Shown here: positions 20,612-28,776 of the stretch, one piece after another
Position numbering within the stretch: the stretch's first letter is position 1
How the letters are laid out: every line of letters begins with the position of its first letter
Origin: an uncultured Actinomycetota bacterium
Lineage (GTDB): Bacteria; Actinomycetota; Actinomycetes; Propionibacteriales; Propionibacteriaceae
Assembly (NCBI GenBank): GCA_963722295.1
Contig: CAVRLB010000001.1
Location: forward strand, 482,708-546,707
Length of the DNA: 64,000 nt
Reading direction: 5' to 3'
The notes under the pieces: model-generated
What the model was told of the DNA's origin: nothing
What the model saw: only the letters and a program-made list of their open reading frames with translations
Database searches by the model: none
Made by a program: the position numbers and the translations under genes

Positions 20612-20797
20612 TCAGCGCCCGAACAGACGCGCGAAGAAGCCACCCTGTTGAGCCTTCGCGGCGTCGATCTCGGATTGGGTGTGCTTGCCGTTGCACCACT
20701 GCGATGCGGGCACTGTGGCCTTCACTGAGGCAATGTGCTGGCCGCAGCCGGCCCAGGTCGTCTTCTGGCAGGTGCGGCAGGTAACAGGTCGGCACAT
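20612..20797 (-). CDS. Small Cys-rich protein, 61 aa (MCRPVTCRTCQKTTWAGCGQH...WCNGKH...)
   Basis: Five Cys (C2, C7, C10, C18, C35) plus His. Stop lies 28 nt before the thioredoxin start. The listed start at 20854 would read through the palindromic operators, so ATG 20797 is preferred. Family not recognised with certainty. Confidence 0.5.
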   Translation of the reverse strand: MCRPVTCRTCQKTTWAGCGQHIASVKATVPASQWCNGKHTQSEIDAAKAQQGGFFARLFGR

Positions 20798-20835
20798 CTC
20801 GTCGGTATCCCTTCGGTCGTTCAGTCGGATCAGAT

Positions 20836-20851
20836 ATACCCCTCGGGGTAT
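20836..20851. promoter_or_regulatory. CsoR/CstR-type palindrome ATACCCC-TC-GGGGTAT (proximal site)
   Basis: Read directly, 39 nt upstream of ATG 20797. AT flank plus C4/G4 core is the pattern known for DUF156-family repressor operators. Confidence 0.5.
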
Positions 20852-20866
20852 CACTCTCCGCTAATA

Positions 20867-20880
20867 TACCCCCGGGGGTA
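20867..20880. promoter_or_regulatory. CsoR/CstR-type palindrome TACCCCCGGGGGTA (distal site)
   Basis: Perfect 14-bp palindrome preceded by ATA. Its centre is 30 bp from the proximal site. On the gene strand it lies between TTTGTA/TTGTAG and TATATT/TATTAG hexamers. Confidence 0.5.
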
Positions 20881-20922
20881 CCTACAAAGTCAAGTCCGGC
20901 CAACCATAGGGCCGCAGGGCCC

Positions 20923-21010
20923 GTGACTGGCTACATGCGATCTGGGCCTGATTCCCCTGCTGAATCGATTTAGCGGTTCAGGCAACTCGCAATCGCATGT
21001 AGTTAGTCAC
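20923..21010. repeat. Imperfect 19-bp inverted repeat (17/19) with 50-nt spacer downstream of gatB
   Basis: GTGACTGGCTACATGCGAT (20923-20941) pairs with ATCGCATGTAGTTAGTCAC (20992-21010). Possible long hairpin, terminator or small RNA; unassigned. Confidence 0.4.
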
Positions 21011-21042
21011 GCCCTCGCCATCTGAAAGAGCCACAAGTGGCC

Positions 21043-22545
21043 TCAGGAGAGCTTCTCCAGAATCAGCTCGCGGACGCGGGCCGCGTCGGCTTGTCCTCGC
21101 ATCGCCTTCATGACCGCACCGATCAACGCGCCGGCCGCTTGTACCTTGCCGTCGCGGATCTTCTGAGCAACCGCCGGATTCGCCTCAATCGCGGCGTCCA
21201 CGGCCGCCGACAAGGCACCATCATCGCTGACCACCACCAGTCCACGAGCCGCCACCACATCGGCCGGCTCGCCTTCACCGGCGAGCACGCCGTCGATCAC
21301 CTGACGGGCCAGTTTGTCGCTCAGCGTGCCGTCGTCCACCAGCTCCTGCAAGACGGCCACCTGGGCCGGGGTCATGCCCACCTCGTCCAGCGCGACGCCG
21401 TTCTCGTTGGAGCGGCGGGCCAGATCGCTGACCCACCACTTGCGAGCGGCCGACGCCGTCGCGCCTGCCTCGACGGTCGCCGCGATGAGCTCAAGCGCCC
21501 CTTCGACGCCGTTCACGTCGCGCATCTCGAGATCGGTGAATCCCCATTCGGCCTGCAAATGCGCACGGCGCTCGGCTGGTGGCTCGGGCAGCGTGGCTCG
21601 CAGTTCCTCAACCCACTCGCGGCTCGGCGCCACCGGCACGAGATCGGGCTCCGGGAAGTAGCGGTAGTCTTCGGCCTCTTCCTTCGAGCGTCCCGCGGTG
21701 GTGAAGCCACCCTCGTTCCACATCCGGGTCTCCTGATGAACCCTGCCACCGGACGCGAGTACGGCCGCCTGTCGGCAGATCTCAAAGCGCAGTGCGCCCT
21801 CGACTGACTTCAGCGAGTTCACGTTCTTGGTTTCGGTGCGGGTGCCCAGTTCGGTCGATCCCTTCGGCATCAGCGAGACGTTCGCGTCACAGCGCATGTT
21901 GCCGCGCTCCATCCGCGCCTCCGAAACGCCGAGCGCGCGCATCATCTCGCGCAGATAGGCCATATAGGCCCGGCCGACCTCGGGACCCTTCGCGCCGGTG
22001 CCGAACACCGGACGAGTGACGATCTCCATCAGCGGCACGCCTGCACGGTTGTAGTCGACCAGCGAATGGCCCGCGCCTTGGATGCGGCCCGAGCCGCCGA
22101 CGTGGGTGTTCTTGCCGGCGTCTTCCTCCATATGCACGCGCTCGATCGGGATCACATAGCTGCGGCCATCGAGTTCAACGGTGACCTCGCCGTCGACGCA
22201 CAACGGCTCGTCGTATTGCGAGACCTGGTAGTCCTTCGGCATGTCCGGATAGAAGTAATTCTTGCGGGCGAAGCGGCACCATTCGGCGATACCGCAGCCC
22301 AGTGACAGACCGATCCGGATCGCAGATTCGACGGCCTTCCTATTGACCACCGGCAGCGAGCCGGGCAATCCCAGGCAGACCGGGCAGGTGTGGCTGTTCG
22401 GTGCACCACCGAACTCGGTCGTGCAGCCACACCACATCTTGGACGCAGTATTCAGCTCGACGTGCACCTCGAGACCCAGCACCACATCGAAGCGCTCCAT
22501 CGCCTCGTCGTAGTCCATCAGCTCATCGCTCGCATAGACGCTCAT
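21043..22545 (-). CDS. gatB: Asp/Glu-tRNA(Asn/Gln) amidotransferase subunit B, 500 aa
   Basis: [20 protein letters not shown]...[12 protein letters not shown]; C-terminal YqeY-like domain. Confidence 0.95.
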   Translation of the reverse strand: MSVYASDELMDYDEAMERFDVVLGLEVHVELNTASKMWCGCTTEFGGAPNSHTCPVCLGLPGSLPVVNRKAVESAIRIGLSLGCGIAEWCRFARKNYFYPDMPKDYQVSQYDEPLCVDGEVTVELDGRSYVIPIERVHMEEDAGKNTHVGGSGRIQGAGHSLVDYNRAGVPLMEIVTRPVFGTGAKGPEVGRAYMAYLREMMRALGVSEARMERGNMRCDANVSLMPKGSTELGTRTETKNVNSLKSVEGALRFEICRQAAVLASGGRVHQETRMWNEGGFTTAGRSKEEAEDYRYFPEPDLVPVAPSREWVEELRATLPEPPAERRAHLQAEWGFTDLEMRDVNGVEGALELIAATVEAGATASAARKWWVSDLARRSNENGVALDEVGMTPAQVAVLQELVDDGTLSDKLARQVIDGVLAGEGEPADVVAARGLVVVSDDGALSAAVDAAIEANPAVAQKIRDGKVQAAGALIGAVMKAMRGQADAARVRELILEKLS

Positions 22546-24071
22546 CGCGTTCTCCCCTCACGGCTGGCGGCCTGGCCGACCTCGGGTATCCGGTCGAGCA
22601 GCGGTGATCCCCAGCGATCATTGAGCGCGGCCTCCAGGGCCCCGCCGAGCAGATAGCAGCGATCATCGGCCATCGCGGGGGCCATCACCTGCAGGCCGAC
22701 CGGCAACCCATCCTCGGCGGCCAATCCGATCGGGAAGCTCGCCGCGCTGATCCCGGCAAGGTTCGCCGGGATCGTGCACAGGTCGGACTTGTACATCGCC
22801 ATTGGATCGTTGGTCCGCTCGCCGAACTTGAACGCGGTAGTCGGTGCCGTCGGCGAGATCAACACATCGCACTTGCCGAAGGCGTTCGCGAAGTCCCGCG
22901 CGATCAGGGTGCGCATCTTCTGAGCCGACCCGTAGTAGGCGTCGTAGTAGCCCGCCGACAGCGCGTAGGTGCCAATCATGATGCGGCGCTTCGCCTCATC
23001 CCCGAAACCGGCGGCGCGGCTGAACCGCATGACCTGCTCGGTGGACGCGGACCCGTCGTCGCCGACGCGCAGGCCGTAACGCATGCCGTCGTAGCGCGAC
23101 AGGTTGCTTGATACCTCGGCGGGCATGATCAGGTAATAGGTCGCCAGTGCGTAATCGAAGTGCGGGCAGCTGACCTCGACGATGTCTGCGCCCAGGCCGG
23201 AGAGCAGTTCGACTGCCTCGGCGAATCGCTGCTCGACGCCGGGCGCATAGCCCTCGCCGCCCAACTCGTGGACGACACCGATGCGTAGACCTTTGATGTC
23301 GGCCTTTCGGGCCGCCGCGACCACGTCGGGCAGCGGGGAGTCGATCGAGGTGGAATCGGCCGGATCGTGGCCGCCGATGACCTCGTGCAGCAATGCCGCG
23401 TCCAGCACGTTGCGGGCGCACGGTCCGGGTTGATCGAGCGAGGACGCCATCGCGATCACGCCGAATCGGGAGACTCCGCCGTAGGTCGGCTTGGTACCGA
23501 CGGTGCCGGTCACCGCGGCGGGCTGACGGATCGAGCCGCCGGTGTCGGTGCCGATCGCCAGTGGGGCCTCGAACGCTGCCACGCAGGCGGACGAGCCGCC
23601 GCCCGAGCCGCCCGGGATCCGTTCCAGATCCCACGGGTTGTGGGTCGGCCCGTAAGCCGACGACTCGGTGGACGATCCCATCGCGAACTCGTCGAGGTTC
23701 GTCTTGCCGAGGATCACCAGGCCAGCTGCCAGCAGCCTGTCAACCACGGTGGAGTTGTATGGCGGGATCCAGCCCTCCAGAATGCGGGAGGCGGCGGTGG
23801 TCGGCAGTCCCTGGTAGCAGAAGAGATCCTTCACACCGATCGGCACGCCGGCCAGCGGGCCCAGCCTCTCGCCTGCGGCAACCTTCGCATCGACCGCGCG
23901 AGCCTGTTGCAGTGCGCGTTCGGCGTCGATGGCCAAGAATGCATGCACGTCGGTGTCCACCTGCGCGATGCGGTCCAGATGAGCCTGGGTGACCTCTTCG
24001 GAACTCTGCTCGCCCGCCGCGATCCGGCGGGCTAGTTCCGCGGCGGTCTGCTTGATCGTGGACGACATCAT
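22542..24071 (-). CDS. gatA: Asp/Glu-tRNA(Asn/Gln) amidotransferase subunit A, 509 aa
   Basis: Amidase signature [13 protein letters not shown] and KD...TTA motif. 4-nt overlaps on both sides. Confidence 0.95.
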   Translation of the reverse strand: MMSSTIKQTAAELARRIAAGEQSSEEVTQAHLDRIAQVDTDVHAFLAIDAERALQQARAVDAKVAAGERLGPLAGVPIGVKDLFCYQGLPTTAASRILEGWIPPYNSTVVDRLLAAGLVILGKTNLDEFAMGSSTESSAYGPTHNPWDLERIPGGSGGGSSACVAAFEAPLAIGTDTGGSIRQPAAVTGTVGTKPTYGGVSRFGVIAMASSLDQPGPCARNVLDAALLHEVIGGHDPADSTSIDSPLPDVVAAARKADIKGLRIGVVHELGGEGYAPGVEQRFAEAVELLSGLGADIVEVSCPHFDYALATYYLIMPAEVSSNLSRYDGMRYGLRVGDDGSASTEQVMRFSRAAGFGDEAKRRIMIGTYALSAGYYDAYYGSAQKMRTLIARDFANAFGKCDVLISPTAPTTAFKFGERTNDPMAMYKSDLCTIPANLAGISAASFPIGLAAEDGLPVGLQVMAPAMADDRCYLLGGALEAALNDRWGSPLLDRIPEVGQAASREGRTR

Positions 24072-24364
24072 TCCTCCGCATCCAGAATCCGCGGGACGCG
24101 GAATTGATTCTCCTCGACGGCCGGCGCAGCGGCCAGCATTGCGGACGCCGGGTAACTCGGACGCACCTGGTCATCGCGGAAGACATTGACCAGCGGCACC
24201 GCATGCGACATCGGTGGTACATCGTCGTCGATGGCCTCGGCGAGGGTGGCCATCGATGCCAGGATCTCATCCATCTGCGGAGCCAGCCGGGCCAGTTCTT
24301 CCTCAGTCAGTTCGATGCGGGCCAGATCGGCCAGCTTCGCGACGTCCTGCGCGGTCAAAGCCAC
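24068..24364 (-). CDS. gatC: Asp/Glu-tRNA(Asn/Gln) amidotransferase subunit C, 98 aa
   Basis: [22 protein letters not shown]...FRVPRIL. GTG 24364 has SD AGGAG 5 nt upstream and gives the usual GatC length. The listed start 24388 (also GTG) would add 8 residues. Confidence 0.85.
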   Translation of the reverse strand: MALTAQDVAKLADLARIELTEEELARLAPQMDEILASMATLAEAIDDDVPPMSHAVPLVNVFRDDQVRPSYPASAMLAAAPAVEENQFRVPRILDAEE

Positions 24365-24442
24365 GAGCACTCCTGTTGTGTCGTCCACGCCACCGGTCCC
24401 GGCGGCCAGGCCATCTGGGTGACGGCCAACTCACGAGACATC

Positions 24443-24494
24443 TTAGGACCCTCCAGAGAATTACCGCTGCGTGTCAATTCCCTGTCAGGCCCTT
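24443..24494. repeat. Left 52-bp element: 33-bp outer arm (24443-24475) plus 19-bp inner arm (24476-24494)
   Basis: TTAGGACCCTCCAGAGAATTACCGCTGCGTGTC is the exact reverse complement of 26115-26147. AATTCCCTGTCAGGCCCTT matches the reverse complement of 25982-26000 at 18/19. Lies between the gatC start and the MFS stop. Confidence 0.95.
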
Positions 24495-24505
24495 GGTGGC
24501 TGTGC

Positions 24506-25930
24506 TCAGGACGCCTTGACCGCCGGTTTCGGCGAACGGGCCGGGCGAGAGGCCATCAGTTCCTCGATCTCCTCGAGGCTGCGGTTCGAGGTTTCCGGCA
24601 GATGACGGGCCGCCAGCCACAAGGCGATGACATTGAGCACCGCGAAGGTCATGAAGACCGGCCCAAGACCGACCCAGCCCAGCAGCACCGGGAAACTGAA
24701 CGTGATCACCGCGTTGGCCAGCCACTGGACGAGCACCGACAGACCAACCCCGAGCCCGCGGATACGCAACGGGAAGACCTCGGAGATCATCACCCAGGTG
24801 ACCGGGGAGACGGCGCCCTGCTGACCGGTCAGGAAGACCAGCATCAAGATCAACACCAGCCAGGTGGCACCCTGTCCCTCGGTAACCAGCGAGATCACGC
24901 CGATGCCGAGCAGCGAGAAGATGATCAGCACCTGACCCAAGGCCAGCAGCTTCTTGCGCTTCAGCTTGCGTACCAACACCAGGCCCGCCAAAGCGGCCAG
25001 CACACTGATGACGCCGTTGGCGATGGTCGCCGTCAGCGCGGCGTTCGTCCCGATACCGGTCGATTCCAGAATCCGCGGCGCGTAGTACATGATCGCGTTG
25101 ACACCGGTGATCTGCTGAATGACCGACAACCCCATCCCGATCACCACAATGCGCAGCACCCACGGCAGCCGCAGCGCACCGAATCCCAGTGATTCTTGGG
25201 AGTCGTTCTTGTCGATGGTGGAACGGATCTGATCGATCTGCGCCTCGGCGTGCTCGGCGCCGACCCTGGCCAGCGCGTGACGAGCCTCGTCCTCGCGGTT
25301 CTGCGCGACGAACCAGCGCGGCGATTCCGGCATCAGCCGCATGCCGATCCACAACCCGATAGCGGGGATCGAAGCCAAGATAAGCATCCAGCGCCACGAC
25401 GACGATTCGCCGTAAAGCTGCGCGATCAGCGCATTGTTGGTGTAGGCGAGCAATTGACCGGTGACGATCATCACCTGATCGATCGCAACGATCGAACCAC
25501 GACGCTCGGCCGGTGAGACCTCGGCCAGGTAGACCGGCACCGTGGTCGATGCGCCGCCGACGGCGATGCCCAGCACCACCCGGAAGAAGGCCATCACGTG
25601 CATGGTCGGAGACAGTGCGGCACCGACAGCGCCGACGAAGAAGATGACGGCCAACCAGAGCAGCATCCGTCGGCGTCCGAATCGATCCGACAGGCCGCCG
25701 CCGAAGACCGAACCGAATGCCGCACCGATGGGCAGCGCAGCGGTGATGATGCCCTCCGCCACATTGCTCAGCCCCAGACCGCCGTCGGCGACCGGGTGAG
25801 CCATGAACGGCAATGCGCCGGAGATCACGCCGGTGTCGTAACCGAAGAGCAGACTGCCCAAAGTGGCGATCAGGGCGACTGCCCAGATCGGCAATGGACG
25901 AACTGCGGGACTAGCATTGGCGGTCGACAT
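24506..25930 (-). CDS. MFS sugar-porter family transporter, 474 aa
   Basis: From ATG 25930 (SD AGGAGG): GSLLFGYDTGVISGA, DRFGRRRMLL, PESPRW, PETSNRSLEEIE. Twelve hydrophobic segments. Confidence 0.85.
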   Translation of the reverse strand: MSTANASPAVRPLPIWAVALIATLGSLLFGYDTGVISGALPFMAHPVADGGLGLSNVAEGIITAALPIGAAFGSVFGGGLSDRFGRRRMLLWLAVIFFVGAVGAALSPTMHVMAFFRVVLGIAVGGASTTVPVYLAEVSPAERRGSIVAIDQVMIVTGQLLAYTNNALIAQLYGESSSWRWMLILASIPAIGLWIGMRLMPESPRWFVAQNREDEARHALARVGAEHAEAQIDQIRSTIDKNDSQESLGFGALRLPWVLRIVVIGMGLSVIQQITGVNAIMYYAPRILESTGIGTNAALTATIANGVISVLAALAGLVLVRKLKRKKLLALGQVLIIFSLLGIGVISLVTEGQGATWLVLILMLVFLTGQQGAVSPVTWVMISEVFPLRIRGLGVGLSVLVQWLANAVITFSFPVLLGWVGLGPVFMTFAVLNVIALWLAARHLPETSNRSLEEIEELMASRPARSPKPAVKAS

Positions 25931-25981
25931 ACGGCCATTCCTCCTAGCTGGAACCCCGGGTTGGGTCCGCTGGTACATAGT

Positions 25982-26000
25982 AAGGGCCTGACAGAGAATT
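25982..26000. repeat. Right inner arm (18/19 inverted match to 24476-24494), within the MFS promoter region
   Basis: AAGGGCCTGACAGAGAATT. On the MFS strand it is immediately followed by a TACTAT -10-like hexamer, about 50 nt upstream of ATG 25930. Confidence 0.85.
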
Positions 26001-26114
26001 AGCGCGTCGAGTGGCGGTTTCTGGGCGGGATGCATGATAAGGCGGAGGTTCGCCCTCGTGCTGGTAGCACGTGGGCGCGGCCGACAACGCGATCAGGCGC
26101 CCGATCCAGGAAGC

Positions 26115-26147
26115 GACACGCAGCGGTAATTCTCTGGAGGGTCCTAA
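26115..26147. repeat. Right outer arm: perfect 33-bp inverted copy of 24443-24475
   Basis: GACACGCAGCGGTAATTCTCTGGAGGGTCCTAA, read directly. Separated from the right inner arm by 114 bp that have no counterpart on the left. Confidence 0.95.
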
Positions 26148-26215
26148 ATGCAATGTCATCTGATCGAAACGTGTCCTATTCCTGGCCGGTTTGCTCAACG
26201 GGCAGACTGAGTGAC

Positions 26216-26893
26216 ATGTTCTTGCTGCGAATCCAGATGCCCGATCGTTCCGGCGCGCTCGGCCAGGTGGCCACCGCTATCGGTTCGGTTGGTGCGGACA
26301 TCCACCTGATAGAGGTTGTGGAGAAGGCAACCAGCCGGACCGTTATCGATGACTTCCTGCTGCAGCTGTCCCCCGGTACCCTGCCCGAAGACCTGGTCTC
26401 GGCCTGCCTGCAACTGGACGGGGTTCAGGTGCTCTGGCTTTCCCGCTACCCCGACGGCTACGGCATCGAATCCGACGTGGCGATCGCCAGCGAGATCGGC
26501 GAGCACCAGGAGCGAGCGCTCGAGGTTCTCTTGGAGCGGGTTCCCCAGGTCTTCCATGCGCAGTGGGCCGCGGTCATCGGGATCAAGGAAGAGAAGGTAC
26601 TGATGGGTACCGAGAACGCTCCCCAGCTGGGCGCAGAGCAGATCGCGGCCCTCGAACCGTTCACCATCGAGCACTTCTCCGAGATGTCGGAAGCCTGGCT
26701 GCCGGGTTGGGGCGGGGTGGCGCTGGCGGTGATTCCCGCCGGACCGGAACGGCTGCTGGTGGCCGCCCGTCACGGTGGCCCCGATTTCCTTGAATCGGAG
26801 CTGTACCGGCTGCATCATCTCGTCCGGCTTGCCAAGGGCACCCGTGGCGACAAGCCGGCCACCCACCACGCTGCCATGCCCGCGGAGAACTAG
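26216..26893 (+). CDS. ACT-domain protein (the type found divergent from gatC in mycobacteria), 225 aa
   Basis: MFLLRIQMPDRSGALGQVATAIGSVGADIHLIEVVEK... resembles the N-terminus I recall for the mycobacterial ACT protein next to gatCAB. Alternative ATG at 26153; codons 26153-26215 have low GC3 (about 57 percent), arguing against the longer form. Confidence 0.7.
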   Translation: MFLLRIQMPDRSGALGQVATAIGSVGADIHLIEVVEKATSRTVIDDFLLQLSPGTLPEDLVSACLQLDGVQVLWLSRYPDGYGIESDVAIASEIGEHQERALEVLLERVPQVFHAQWAAVIGIKEEKVLMGTENAPQLGAEQIAALEPFTIEHFSEMSEAWLPGWGGVALAVIPAGPERLLVAARHGGPDFLESELYRLHHLVRLAKGTRGDKPATHHAAMPAEN

Positions 26894-26909
26894 CTGACAT
26901 ACTGGGCGC

Positions 26910-27413
26910 ATGCACGGAGTCTGGTGGCACCTTCTGCTGGCCGTGGGCTTCGGCCTGGTCGGAGCGTTGGTTCCGGTGCTGAACGGTGAGGCGTTCATTG
27001 CCGCCACCCTGGCCGCGCGTCTCATCGGCCCGGTCGAGGTCGGGGTTTGTCTTGGGCTGGGCCAAGGCCTCGGCAAGATGATCCTCTTCCAGGCGGTCCG
27101 GCAGGCGAAGCGGCTGCCGATTTTGCACCGCGCGTCTGCCGAGCACCCGTCCCCCGAACCCGGCAGCTGGCGATACCGCTGGGCGCGCCTGGTGGAGTGG
27201 GGCACGGCATTGGTCGAGAGCCCACGCTGGGGTCCACTCGGATTGTTTCTCTCGGGCTCGCTCAGCGTGCCGCCGAACTACGCGACCACAATCGTGGTCG
27301 CGACCACGAAGATCAACTTCGCGGTCTTCTCGATCTGCATCACGGTGGGCTTCATCGTCCGTTACGTGGTGGTCGCTTTCGCGTTGACAGGGGTCTTCAA
27401 GCAACTCTTCTGA
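26910..27413 (+). CDS. Hypothetical integral membrane protein, 167 aa
   Basis: Four hydrophobic segments, coding-like GC3. No family recognised. Confidence 0.5.
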   Translation: MHGVWWHLLLAVGFGLVGALVPVLNGEAFIAATLAARLIGPVEVGVCLGLGQGLGKMILFQAVRQAKRLPILHRASAEHPSPEPGSWRYRWARLVEWGTALVESPRWGPLGLFLSGSLSVPPNYATTIVVATTKINFAVFSICITVGFIVRYVVVAFALTGVFKQLF

Positions 27414-27430
27414 CCCGGCCGGCCAACAGG

Positions 27431-27670
27431 TCAGGCAGTGATTCCCATCAGGATCTTATAGAAGAAGTTGCCCAGCAGGAAAAGCGCCACGACAAGCGCC
27501 GAGAAGGCAGCGGTGACGGTCCAGCGGGCACGCTTCTTCTGCTTCGTGGTCGGAACCCGCTGCGGCCCCCACTCCCCGATCACCGGCTGCACCCGCACCG
27601 GGATGTCGGAGCTGAGGTTGAGGTCGCTGCTCACGACCTTCAATTTGTTCATGGTGGTCTTCAACCGCAT
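27431..27670 (-). CDS. Hypothetical small C-terminally anchored membrane protein, 73-79 aa
   Basis: High GC3. Basic stretch KQKKRARW followed by a single TM (TVTAAFSALVVALFLLGNFF). No family recognised. Confidence 0.45.
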   Translation of the reverse strand: MRLKTTMNKLKVVSSDLNLSSDIPVRVQPVIGEWGPQRVPTTKQKKRARWTVTAAFSALVVALFLLGNFFYKILMGITA

Positions 27671-27780
27671 GGGGTCGATAGTACTGGTCGTGGATCACGC
27701 CACCTCGAGCACGATCTCGGGCGCATCACAGAGCACCGCAAGAACGGCGACCTGTGCGGGCTTTGCAGTAGCCCAGGACC

Positions 27781-28776
27781 TCAGTCCGCCAGCCGTTCGC
27801 TGACCAATCCGGCGGCTTCGTTCAGGTTCTCAAACAGCCGCGCCACCGAAGGGGCATCCCAACCGGCCAATCCGCAGGCCGGAGTAAGGACGACCTGATC
27901 GTCGAGTACCTGTGGGTCGATCTCAAGGACCCGCAGCACCCGCAGGGCCGCCGTGGTCAGCTCATCGACCGATGGCACGCGGACTTCGTCGGTTCGGGCG
28001 AGGCCCAGACCGAAGGTGCCACCATCGCTGAGCCAAGCGCCGCAGGCATCCAGCGCGGCAGTGTCGAGGTAGCGCGCGTCCAGGCATAACCCGGTGAATC
28101 CGGCTTGGGACGCCAAGTCCACCGGCATCGAGGGGCCACAGCTGTGCACCCAAACGCCCCCCACACCGTCGACCGCGCGAACGGCCGAGACGATCTGGTG
28201 CCAGCTATCGGCAACGATCTCGGGCTTGGGCGCCGGATACCAGTGAAGTCCGGAGAAGGTCGGCAACGCCCCGGCCAGCACCGCGTCGATAACCGGTTCG
28301 TCGAGCTGGACGATCAGCGGTCGTCCCAGGCGTTTCACCAACCGGGTCGCGAGCCGGGCGGCCGCTTCGGCCAGCGCCTGGGTCAGATCGCGACAGGCCC
28401 CGTGGTCACCGATGATGTGGTTCATGGTCGGATGGCTGAGCCGTACCGAGGCCGCCAACGTCCAGGGGCCCGCCAGCGCGACCTTCAGCCCGCCGGTGTG
28501 GTCCTGGGTGAGCTCTTCGAAGTCGTCCAGGTCGGTGCCCCACCAGCGCCGCGCACGCCGCTGTGCGGCATCGGGGCGACTCGCCAGGCGCCAGCCATCG
28601 GGGCTCAACTCACAGGGCTGCTCGAGCAGCCCCAGCGCCCGCCCGATGATCGTCGAGGATGCATCTCTGGCCGGCACCTCGGGCCAGGCAAGCAGCCCGG
28701 GCTGCAGGTCGGCAACCATCCGGGTCGACTCGCGGAAATCGCGTCCGGGCATCGACCCCAGCCCCGTCACGAACAT
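27781..28776 (-). CDS. Cobalamin-independent methionine synthase (MetE C-terminal / UroD-like) family protein, 331 aa
   Basis: TIM-barrel pattern IVQLDEP...VHSCG...LTPACGLAG. Located next to mnmA, as I recall for mycobacteria. Confidence 0.6.
   Translation of the reverse strand: MFVTGLGSMPGRDFRESTRMVADLQPGLLAWPEVPARDASSTIIGRALGLLEQPCELSPDGWRLASRPDAAQRRARRWWGTDLDDFEELTQDHTGGLKVALAGPWTLAASVRLSHPTMNHIIGDHGACRDLTQALAEAAARLATRLVKRLGRPLIVQLDEPVIDAVLAGALPTFSGLHWYPAPKPEIVADSWHQIVSAVRAVDGVGGVWVHSCGPSMPVDLASQAGFTGLCLDARYLDTAALDACGAWLSDGGTFGLGLARTDEVRVPSVDELTTAALRVLRVLEIDPQVLDDQVVLTPACGLAGWDAPSVARLFENLNEAAGLVSERLAD

Noticed and set aside
24104-25397. ORFs 24104..25192 (+) and 24474..25397 (-) inside the transporter region
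   Set aside because: They are off-frame or antisense to the MFS gene, whose frame carries all the sugar-porter motifs.
24443-26147. Inverted repeats as an invertible phase-variation switch
   Set aside because: There is no recombinase or invertase gene nearby. The segment carries the whole MFS gene together with its own promoter region, so inversion would not obviously change expression. It cannot be excluded without read-level data.
26148-26210. The 20-codon uORF as a genuine peptide gene
   Set aside because: GC3 is about 40 percent, against clearly higher third-position GC in the real genes here. The peptide is unrelated to the uORF in the other repeat copy. It is kept only as a possible coupling device.
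20855-26215. Eye search for tRNA, rRNA or known riboswitch features in the larger intergenic regions (also 1326-1540, 2007-2345, 5561-5828, 40820-41078)
   Set aside because: I recognised no cloverleaf-compatible stems, conserved T-loop (GTTCGAATC-like) or riboswitch cores. This is a manual inspection only; tRNAscan or Infernal would be decisive.
26195-27205. 336-aa minus-strand ORF (also 26661..27404)
   Set aside because: It lies antisense to the ACT-domain gene and the following membrane ORF. No family signal.
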